A stretch of 5,911 bases of DNA from a virus (IMGVR_UViG_2778261094_000002:1-5911), one strand, 5' to 3'; counted from the stretch's first letter, positions 1 to 5,474 are shown. Notes: generated by a model from the letters alone, not told the origin. Numbers and translations are program-made.

Positions 1-2051
1 TCCAGATCGATAGTCTTACTAAATTCCGGTCCCATATCTCCGGTTTGCGGATCGAAAAATATTGCACCTATTGAGATGATCGGGGCATCGGGATTTTTTC
101 CCATGGTTTCAAGGTCGATCATTAGATGGTCACACGTCCTGCTGGTGGATGTGATAACGCGATGACCGTTCACCGTAATTAAGGGATCTGCCGTCTCGCC
201 AGTTTCACTATCGCTGGCGTGATCCTGAGCGCTGCCAGCATTCTCCTTGTGTGGATGTTCAGCGCCTTCCATTTTCTCCGAATCGTCTTCCTGAACTTCA
301 ACCTGGTTCTTGTCATCGAATGTTTCCTGGTATGTTGCGTCGCCCATCACCGCACCACAATCAGGGCAGTTGCCACCACCGCTCTGACCGCAGGCGGTGC
401 AGATTTTTTCCGGTTCCTGTTGCACTACTGGTTCAGGTTGTTTCGTTTCTGGCTCGTTTTGTTGCGTATTTGGGCTGTTTTGTTCCGCTTTCTGGTCGTT
501 CTGTTCCGTTTCTTGCTGGTTCTGGTTCACAGTATCGCGGGTCTGGATCCCCTTAACCCATTTCGGATCATTCGGGTCGCTAATCCCTTCAATAAATTCA
601 CCACGTGATGCAGCAAGCAACTTATCGGCGTCAGGCTGGCTGATATTGGCTGCCTGCATAATTTTGTTTACTTCGTCAGCGGTAACTTTTACCGGTTCTG
701 GCTGTGCGGTCGTGTCAGATGCACCAGTATTTTGTTGTGAACCTGAGTATGTACTGTTTTTGTGGGCGAAATATTCTTCTTTCGTGATTTCAGTAGCCCC
801 GGCAGCCAGCGCCTTATCCAGACCAGAAAGTTTGTTTGCGCGACCGTATTTTTCGCCATCCTTGTCGGTGAAGAGGAAGTAGAACGGCCCCTCACGCTCT
901 ACAGATGGTTCGACTTCCACTTTGCATTCGGTTTTTTCGTTGTCCGGAATTGCCGTTTCCACTGCATCAGTTTCTGGTACTGGCGACGAGAGAGTATCAG
1001 TTGCGCTCTGATTTCTTCCTTCATCTTCAAACACGCCCTTTGTAGTCAGGTATTCAGTAATGTATTTGTTCAGTGCCACAGGATCTTTGTGAATGTCGAT
1101 CGGACGTTCACGGACAAGGCCAAAAATAGTCTGGCGGTCGTAGCGAAGGGCATCAGGCTGTTTGCGCATCGATGCCGAGATACGCTTCCAGTCTTCGCGG
1201 TCGTTGTCGATAACTTCATTTTTTGCCCAGCGATGGATGCTGCCGTCAATGTTTCCGGCATCCACATCACCAGGCCAGAGAGCGTAGGCCAGTTCGTCAT
1301 CCAGTGTTTTCCATGTCTGCTTGTATTCGCGATGAGTGGCAGCAATGACCGGGTTGATTTTTCCTGTTGAATTTTCAGTGTTCTGTTGATTGGCTCTGGC
1401 GCGGGCGAGATCAACAGCAGACGTGTATTTTCCGGTTTCCTTGCGTTCACCTTCGCGACGTTTTTTCCAGATGCGCATCTCTGCCTGAATTTCGGGCCAT
1501 TTGGCACCAGGAATACATTTATGCTTAACCCACCCGATGGCATGCAGCTTAAGCTCCGGATACATGGCGTTAACTTCTGGCATTTTCATCAACGCTTCAA
1601 CGATATGTCCGTCGAATGTTGCCATGTCTTCCTGCAACAATTCCTGCGCGCTAATCACCATATCAACGGTGATGTTTTCACATGTACCGAACTTAACCAG
1701 GACCGCGTTCTGTACTTCAAGGGACAGCTTGTCAAAATTGACGATCATCGGATCGGATTCTGGTTCGACCGGGACAAAGGAAGCGCCTTCCTCATCCCAG
1801 CGGTTTTCCAGCATATATTCGGTATCCCAGGAGTCGATGGCAGGGCGGGGCATGCCGGGTTTATCCTCGCAGACAAGAAATTTATAAGCGCAGTCCTGAG
1901 CAGCCGGATATTGCTCCAGGAATTGCCAGGTAAATTTGGCACGGGCGCGACGTTCGTCGCCGGCTTCAATGGCAGTGGCTACAGCGACTGCACCTTCTTC
2001 CTTTATTGCCTGTTCGTCCGGAATGGCGGCGCAAATAAAGACTTTACTCAT
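1..2051 (-). CDS. recE: RecE-like (exonuclease VIII family) large protein, N-terminal 683 codons; the 3' end of the gene lies beyond the left window edge
   Basis: Continuous minus-strand frame from ATG at 2051..2049 to position 1 with no stop. GAGG lies about 11 nt upstream and an in-frame TAA three codons upstream. I checked the frame codon by codon at several points (Cys codons at 399-401, 390-392, 366-368, 357-359; Met codons at 120-122 and 102-104). It is missing from the ORF track, presumably because there is no in-window stop. Translation begins MSKVFICAAIPDEQAIKEEG. Segments ADKLLAASRGEFIEGISDPNDPKWVKGIQTRD and CTACGQSGGGNCPDCGAVMGDATYQETFD match what I recall of the Rac RecE N-terminal region, but this is memory, not an alignment. 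Position upstream of two small genes and the immunity region fits Rac synteny. Confidence 0.6.
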   Translation of the reverse strand, partial: MSKVFICAAIPDEQAIKEEGAVAVATAIEAGDERRARAKFTWQFLEQYPAAQDCAYKFLVCEDKPGMPRPAIDSWDTEYMLENRWDEEGASFVPVEPESDPMIVNFDKLSLEVQNAVLVKFGTCENITVDMVISAQELLQEDMATFDGHIVEALMKMPEVNAMYPELKLHAIGWVKHKCIPGAKWPEIQAEMRIWKKRREGERKETGKYTSAVDLARARANQQNTENSTGKINPVIAATHREYKQTWKTLDDELAYALWPGDVDAGNIDGSIHRWAKNEVIDNDREDWKRISASMRKQPDALRYDRQTIFGLVRERPIDIHKDPVALNKYITEYLTTKGVFEDEGRNQSATDTLSSPVPETDAVETAIPDNEKTECKVEVEPSVEREGPFYFLFTDKDGEKYGRANKLSGLDKALAAGATEITKEEYFAHKNSTYSGSQQNTGASDTTAQPEPVKVTADEVNKIMQAANISQPDADKLLAASRGEFIEGISDPNDPKWVKGIQTRDTVNQNQQETEQNDQKAEQNSPNTQQNEPETKQPEPVVQQEPEKICTACGQSGGGNCPDCGAVMGDATYQETFDDKNQVEVQEDDSEKMEGAEHPHKENAGSAQDHASDSETGETADPLITVNGHRVITSTSRTCDHLMIDLETMGKNPDAPIISIGAIFFDPQTGDMGPEFSKTIDL
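141..148 (+). other. Chi octamer GCTGGTGG (RecBCD recombination hotspot sequence)
   Basis: Exact match to the E. coli Chi sequence on the plus strand, inside the RecE-like ORF. Confidence 0.5.
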
Positions 2052-2131
2052 TTTGTTTTAACCTCATTACAGATTTAAGGGTGAACAAATCCCTGCCATT
2101 GCTGGCATATAAAAATGAAACCGGATATTAA

Positions 2132-2335
2132 TTACGGTGCTGTTTTAAGTCCTGCCGGGATTTCGTTATTATCCATGTGAATAACTTTATCGACCGGATA
2201 ACAGTTACCGGGAATTTTCTGTTCCGCTGCGGCAACCATGCATTCTTTCATTGAGCCGTATACGCCAGTAACCATGTCAACCGGTTCACCGGAAACAAGA
2301 AAAACCGTCAGAACAAGTGCAAATGTAGTATTCAT
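2132..2335 (-). CDS. Small protein with N-terminal hydrophobic segment (signal peptide or membrane anchor), 67 aa, in the position RacC occupies in Rac; a longer alternative start exists at 2389 (85 aa)
   Basis: Minus-strand ORF MNTTFALVLTVFLVSGEPVDMVTGVYGSMKECMVAAAEQKIPGNCYPVDKVIHMDNNEIPAGLKTAP, stop TAA at 2134..2132. ATG at 2335..2333 overlaps the upstream gene's TGA (2334..2332) in an ATGA arrangement, indicating translational coupling. AAGGA lies about 9 nt upstream. The longer ORF from 2389 would overlap the upstream gene by 58 nt and has a poorer RBS spacing. Confidence 0.5.
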   Translation of the reverse strand: MNTTFALVLTVFLVSGEPVDMVTGVYGSMKECMVAAAEQKIPGNCYPVDKVIHMDNNEIPAGLKTAP

Positions 2336-2520
2336 TGCCAGCATCCTTTTTGCATCAGGCGTAAACGGGCCAGCATTGAAACAATGCATATTTTATTTAA
2401 TAGCTCCCGTTCTTGTTTTCTCTTGTTAATGGCATCTTCAGTAAATACTGGGTTACTGATAGTGACACCAATTTCAAAACAACCTTCAGACGTATTAACG
2501 TTTGGTAATAACGTTTCCAT
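2332..2520 (-). CDS. Small Cys-containing protein, 62 aa, in the position YdaE occupies in Rac; the ORF track's longer version starts at 2592
   Basis: Minus-strand ORF METLLPNVNTSEGCFEIGVTISNPVFTEDAINKRKQERELLNKICIVSMLARLRLMQKGCWQ. ATG at 2520..2518 is preceded by GAGGA with 7-nt spacing. Stop TGA overlaps the start of the downstream gene. Confidence 0.45.
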   Translation of the reverse strand: METLLPNVNTSEGCFEIGVTISNPVFTEDAINKRKQERELLNKICIVSMLARLRLMQKGCWQ

Positions 2521-3049
2521 TATCGCGTCCTCAACAATGAATTTTGTGATGCGGCGCCTGGTGCCTCCAGGTGACGTTAACCAGTAAACCATTAACGCCG
2601 GATTGTTAGTTGATGTCTGTTACGCAAGTAAAAGACCGCTTGTTTTAACTGTTCCGCGTGCGCTGAGCCGCATTCACCGCATCACAAAATTCACTTTAAA
2701 AGGGGCGGGTATCACGGGAAAAACAAAACGAATACCCGCCAAAAGGTAATCAACATGGGTTGTTGTAGCGGAGTTGTCACTCAGGCGTATGGTCAACCTG
2801 ACAACCCGGTGTCCTCAACGGGGAAGGAATAACCCCGCCATACTTACCGCCGCGCCATTTCGCGGAGTGCCACAACCGGAAGCGCACGGTCGACGAAAAT
2901 TTAACGACAGGCTATCTATGAACCAGCAACCTCGCCGTGCGCTTTCGCGTTATGCTCTGACTTTTCAGAGAAATATCCTTTCAGTAAACTGTCAGTGCCG
3001 GATGTTCACCCGTGGAGAACTCCTTAATTACCAACCCTCAGGAGGGTGA

Positions 3050-3283
3050 ATGTTAAAATCAACTCTTATTGCTAAATGCCTTTATCAAAATCGCATGGTA
3101 AGCAGCATTTCAATAGGCGAGTCTGCAGTTAAAAGTATTTTCGAAGAGTACTTTTCCGGGCATGATTTTAATAAATGGAATACCAAATTACCGCCAGCAG
3201 TTTCAACGCGTATTCTGAAAGCAACTGAAAGAGCAAGTACAATTCGCGTTAACTATTTCATTAAAGATTTGTGGGATCTTTGA
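3050..3283 (+). CDS. Hypothetical 77-aa protein, AT-rich, lysine-rich; transcribed opposite to the leftward operon
   Basis: ATG at 3050 preceded by AGGAGGG (3040-3046). Translation MLKSTLIAKCLYQNRMVSSISIGESAVKSIFEEYFSGHDFNKWNTKLPPAVSTRILKATERASTIRVNYFIKDLWDL, stop TGA at 3281-3283. Codon usage is AT-biased relative to the flanking genes. No recognisable family. Confidence 0.5.
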   Translation: MLKSTLIAKCLYQNRMVSSISIGESAVKSIFEEYFSGHDFNKWNTKLPPAVSTRILKATERASTIRVNYFIKDLWDL

Positions 3284-3668
3284 TATCCACAGAGCCTAAA
3301 GTATGTGCATATGGATGTGCTATTGTGCGCCCTCGCAGATTTGCATCATTTTCTAAATTCACTGAACGAAACAGGGCATCAACAAGGCTCTGTACAATGC
3401 AAAGGCAATCGAAGACTGTCGCCGTTTCTGTTTTGATTGATGAAAGAACATGGCCATTCACGCAAACAGAAATTACCCGTTTATTAACATCGCTTTCCTG
3501 CTTTTGATTATCAGAACCATATAGCCCAGAAAAAGCATTGCGCACATTACGAACCATATTATCGATGGTTTCTTTTTTGGTGTATGCCGGGTCAATTTTC
3601 ACCAGACTATCACCGAGAGTCGTTGCAGCAATTGTCTGGATTTCTTTTGGTAAATCTTTAAATTCCAT
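3261..3668 (-). CDS. Hypothetical 135-aa protein
   Basis: ATG at 3668..3666 with GAGG 6 nt upstream; stop TAA at 3263..3261. Translation MEFKDLPKEIQTIAATTLGDSLVKIDPAYTKKETIDNMVRNVRNAFSGLYGSDNQKQESDVNKRVISVCVNGHVLSSIKTETATVFDCLCIVQSLVDALFRSVNLENDANLRGRTIAHPYAHTLGSVDIKDPTNL has protein-like composition and no predicted TM segment. No family recognised. Its 3' end overlaps the plus-strand 77-aa ORF by 23 bp. Confidence 0.6.
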   Translation of the reverse strand: MEFKDLPKEIQTIAATTLGDSLVKIDPAYTKKETIDNMVRNVRNAFSGLYGSDNQKQESDVNKRVISVCVNGHVLSSIKTETATVFDCLCIVQSLVDALFRSVNLENDANLRGRTIAHPYAHTLGSVDIKDPTNL

Positions 3669-3690
3669 TATTAGCCTCGTTGGTTAGCTA

Positions 3691-3909
3691 TTAACGTGGG
3701 TATGTAATCATTCTGGCAATGCTTAATGCCGCTGCTTTTTCCAGATTGGTGATATCCTGCTCCAGAGCGGACAGATTTTCAGCCTGCTTAGCCCTGGCTT
3801 CATTGGCCCATTTCAGGTCCTGCGCAGCCTTAATTTTCTGGTGCATCCACTCATAAAGTTCATCATCGGTATAGTCTGGCGCGATGATGACGGGTTCTCG
3901 TTTCTGCAT
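3691..3909 (-). CDS. Hypothetical 72-aa protein, probably helical / coiled-coil-like C-terminus
   Basis: ATG at 3909..3907 preceded by GAGGAA with 5-nt spacing; stop TAA at 3693..3691. Translation MQKREPVIIAPDYTDDELYEWMHQKIKAAQDLKWANEARAKQAENLSALEQDITNLEKAAALSIARMITYPR. Confidence 0.6.
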   Translation of the reverse strand: MQKREPVIIAPDYTDDELYEWMHQKIKAAQDLKWANEARAKQAENLSALEQDITNLEKAAALSIARMITYPR

Positions 3910-3938
3910 ACTGATTCCTCGCGGTGCTGCTTCGCTTA

Positions 3939-4067
3939 TCAGCCGTTAGATTTTGCCGGGCTGGAAAGCGCCTGTTTAAATTCGCTGAAGCTGAGGGCTT
4001 CTTCGCCTTCGGCAAGGCCTTCGAAGTATTCTTCGTAAGCCTTTTCCATGATTGTGTCGAAATCCAT
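3939..4067 (-). CDS. Hypothetical acidic 42-aa protein, too short to appear in the supplied ORF track
   Basis: Found by manual minus-strand translation: ATG at 4067..4065, one nt after the upstream gene's TGA (4071..4069), preceded by AGGTGGG. Translation MDFDTIMEKAYEEYFEGLAEGEEALSFSEFKQALSSPAKSNG, stop TGA at 3941..3939. It fills the gap between two better-supported genes in a third frame. Size resembles the very small Rac proteins YdaF/YdaG, but I cannot assign identity. Confidence 0.4.
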   Translation of the reverse strand: MDFDTIMEKAYEEYFEGLAEGEEALSFSEFKQALSSPAKSNG

Positions 4068-4068
4068 A

Positions 4069-4305
4069 TCACCCACCTGAATCTCTTTCCAGCCAGCGAC
4101 GCGCTCCAGATTCGGTTTTAAACGTTTTGCTTTTGGTATACGTCATTGCGGTGAACGTGCCGTCCTGGTTTGGAAACACGCCGTACACCAGAGATTCGTT
4201 GTTGCCAAGATCGATAGTATCCATGCTGACCTCATTCCCCCTTAACGCCGGGGTAGCGGAACAAAAACCTGCTGCATAGTTATTAAAGTTGAACCCTGCC
4301 GTCAT
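4069..4305 (-). CDS. Hypothetical small protein, first gene of the leftward operon; 78 aa from ATG 4305, or 51 aa from the internal ATG at 4224
   Basis: Both candidate starts have a GAGG 5-9 nt upstream. Translation MTAGFNFNNYAAGFCSATPALRGNEVSMDTIDLGNNESLVYGVFPNQDGTFTAMTYTKSKTFKTESGARRWLERDSGG, stop TGA at 4071..4069. Confidence 0.5.
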   Translation of the reverse strand: MTAGFNFNNYAAGFCSATPALRGNEVSMDTIDLGNNESLVYGVFPNQDGTFTAMTYTKSKTFKTESGARRWLERDSGG

Positions 4306-4401
4306 GTTCTTACGCCTCGGGCTGGCTACTTAACCCCTGACCACTGCCGGGTAACTCGAAGTATTGCCCTGCGTTCTGTGGGGCGGGGTGGGTATGTTGT
4401 T

Positions 4402-4430
4402 ATGGTAACAAGAGTTACCATTGAAGTCAA
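4402..4430 (-). promoter_or_regulatory. PL-like leftward early promoter with embedded operator palindrome (OL)
   Basis: Minus-strand reading: TTGACT (4430..4425), 17-bp spacer, TGT-TACCAT extended -10 (4410..4402). The perfect palindrome GGTAAC-aaga-GTTACC (4404-4419) lies between -35 and -10. Further GTAAC/GTTAC-like half-sites occur at 4351-4355 and 4437-4441. Confidence 0.4.
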
Positions 4431-4462
4431 TATGATGTTACAAAAGGTACGCTTAGGGGTGT

Positions 4463-4487
4463 AAAAAACCCGCAATGAATGCGGGTT
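4463..4487 (-). terminator. Rho-independent terminator of the repressor gene
   Basis: Minus-strand reading, 5 nt after the repressor TAA stop: AACCCGCA-TTCAT-TGCGGGTT followed by TTTT (GC-rich 8-bp stem at 4467-4474 / 4480-4487, 5-nt loop, six consecutive T including the stem end). Confidence 0.65.
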
Positions 4488-4492
4488 CTGAC

Positions 4493-5167
4493 TTAGTCTA
4501 AGTATTGATGTATTTGTGAAACTTTACCTTTAATAGTGTAACCGACATTCAGTTCAATGGGTTTGTAAAGCGGGTTCAGTGACAACAGATAGATGTTTGG
4601 TCCGTCAATCGCAACTTTTTTTAGTGTTACGTTTGGCGTACCCTCCAATTGGATTAAGATTATTTTTCCCACCAGTTCTCTAATGTTACTTGAGCATGGT
4701 GTGATCAGCACGGTAGATCCGTCTGGGATTGTTGGGAGGCCGTTAGAGTTCGTCATCGAATCTCCCTCAACGTGCAATAAAAAAGAGTTTTCAGCGGTTT
4801 TTGTCATGACATCAACCCAATTCTTAATACCAGGAATCTCGGTTACTGGGCAACTCATATCCCAATAACCAGCCTGTTCCCACGTTAAAACGGGCAACCG
4901 GGCGATGTTGTCACTAATGTAAAGGTACTGATTCAGACGCAGATCATCGGCTTTATCGTGATCGTCCTTTCCATAAAGAATCCATTCAGGAGATTTTGAA
5001 AGCAATTTTGACAGCAGATGCAAATTCTCACCGTCAGGTTTTGAAGAGCCATTTTCCCATTTTGTTACGGATACACGAGTTATGCCGATTGCTTTTGCAA
5101 CCTGCTCTTGGGTTAGTCCAACGTCTTTTCGACGATTCCGAATACGTTCGCTGATAGTGTTTTTCAT
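4493..5167 (-). CDS. CI/LexA-like prophage repressor: N-terminal XRE-type HTH plus C-terminal S24 peptidase (autocleavage) domain, 224 aa
   Basis: HTH segment LTQEQVAKAIGITRVSVTKWENG. S24 catalytic motifs GDSM (Ser) and TLKK (Lys). Candidate Ala-Gly cleavage site in the linker (EQAGYW). Stop TAA at 4495..4493. I chose the start at ATG 5167 (MKNTISERIRNRRK...) because the HTH then begins about 17 residues in and 91 bp of intergenic space remains for operators. ATG 5209 (14 residues longer) overlaps a consensus TTGACA. The track's start at 5416 is a TTG that would overlap the divergent cro-like gene. Confidence 0.8.
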   Translation of the reverse strand: MKNTISERIRNRRKDVGLTQEQVAKAIGITRVSVTKWENGSSKPDGENLHLLSKLLSKSPEWILYGKDDHDKADDLRLNQYLYISDNIARLPVLTWEQAGYWDMSCPVTEIPGIKNWVDVMTKTAENSFLLHVEGDSMTNSNGLPTIPDGSTVLITPCSSNIRELVGKIILIQLEGTPNVTLKKVAIDGPNIYLLSLNPLYKPIELNVGYTIKGKVSQIHQYLD

Positions 5168-5202
5168 GTAATCAATGTTACTACCAAGTAATGTCACTAT
5201 GG

Positions 5203-5232
5203 TTGACATTGCGATGTAACTATTGTTACCCT
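5203..5232 (+). promoter_or_regulatory. PR-like rightward early promoter with embedded operator (OR)
   Basis: TTGACA (5203-5208), 18-bp spacer, TGT-TACCCT extended -10 (5224-5232). Inverted repeat GTAAC-tatt-GTTAC (5216-5229) overlaps the -10. Architecture mirrors the PL-like element on the other side of the repressor gene. Additional half-site-like repeats at 5177-5197. Confidence 0.4.
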
Positions 5233-5258
5233 CATGTTCGAAATAACAGGAGAGTTTT

Positions 5259-5474
5259 ATGTTCAAAGATGATGTTCTGCGCCATTTCAAAAAAAAGCGA
5301 CTAGTAGCTGAGGCTCTTGGGATTTCACATGTGGCTGTTGTGCGGTGGAAAGCTGTTATTCCCAAACTTCGCGCAATGGAGCTGGATGAAATTACTAACG
5401 GTGAATTGAAATACAACCCAGAGCTTTACAAGAGGCAGGATAGCACCTCGAACGAAGGAAAGAATGATTCATGA
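5259..5474 (+). CDS. Cro/YdaS-like small HTH regulator, 71 aa, divergent from the repressor
   Basis: ATG 5259 preceded by AGGAGAG (5248-5254). Translation MFKDDVLRHFKKKRLVAEALGISHVAVVRWKAVIPKLRAMELDEITNGELKYNPELYKRQDSTSNEGKNDS shows the Cro/YdaS-type pattern (G-I-S...A-V..W....IP......E.IT.G). Stop TGA 5472-5474 overlaps the next ATG. Confidence 0.7.
   Translation: MFKDDVLRHFKKKRLVAEALGISHVAVVRWKAVIPKLRAMELDEITNGELKYNPELYKRQDSTSNEGKNDS

Noticed and set aside
689-1969. Minus-strand ORFs 689-895, 1070-1543, 1745-1969
   Set aside because: Out of frame with, and fully embedded in, the RecE-like reading frame. Their composition is basic and low-complexity, consistent with frame-shifted readings.
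219-2078. Plus-strand ORFs from the track (219-608, 251-556, 397-882, 762-1370, 1386-2078, 1501-1887)
   Set aside because: All lie antisense to the continuous RecE-like minus-strand frame. Their translations are low-complexity (L/F/V/R-rich) and several begin at non-ATG codons.
2094-2107. Short inverted repeat TGCCA-ttgc-TGGCA between recE-like and racC-like genes
   Set aside because: Only 5-bp arms with no flanking T-run or promoter context. Too weak to call a terminator or operator.
2238-2587. Plus-strand ORFs 2238-2429 and 2384-2587
   Set aside because: Antisense to the coupled ydaE-like/racC-like genes, with no RBS.
2774-3049. 91-aa plus-strand ORF ending at the RBS of the 77-aa gene
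   Set aside because: Starts at TTG, has no RBS, and is strongly arginine-rich (typical of translated non-coding DNA). Kept only as part of the non-coding gap finding.
3271-3507. Plus-strand 78-aa ORF
   Set aside because: Antisense to the better-supported 135-aa gene; no RBS.
3841-4279. ORFs 3841-4038 (+), 3924-4121 (+), 3863-4072 (-), 4052-4279 (+)
   Set aside because: Each overlaps the RBS-supported minus-strand genes (72 aa, 42 aa, 78 aa) out of frame or antisense. Translations are basic or low-complexity.
4380-4392. G-tract GGGGCGGGGTGGG downstream of the PL-like promoter
   Set aside because: Only three G-runs, so not sufficient for a G-quadruplex. Probably just part of the 5' leader.
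4593-4868. Plus-strand 91-aa ORF inside the repressor gene
   Set aside because: Antisense to the HTH/S24 repressor, which has clear domain motifs.
5168-5416. N-terminal extension of the repressor ORF to the TTG at 5416, or to ATG 5209
   Set aside because: The extension would overlap the divergent cro-like gene and the proposed PR -35, and would place the HTH unusually far from the N-terminus. ATG 5167 is preferred, though 5209 is not excluded.
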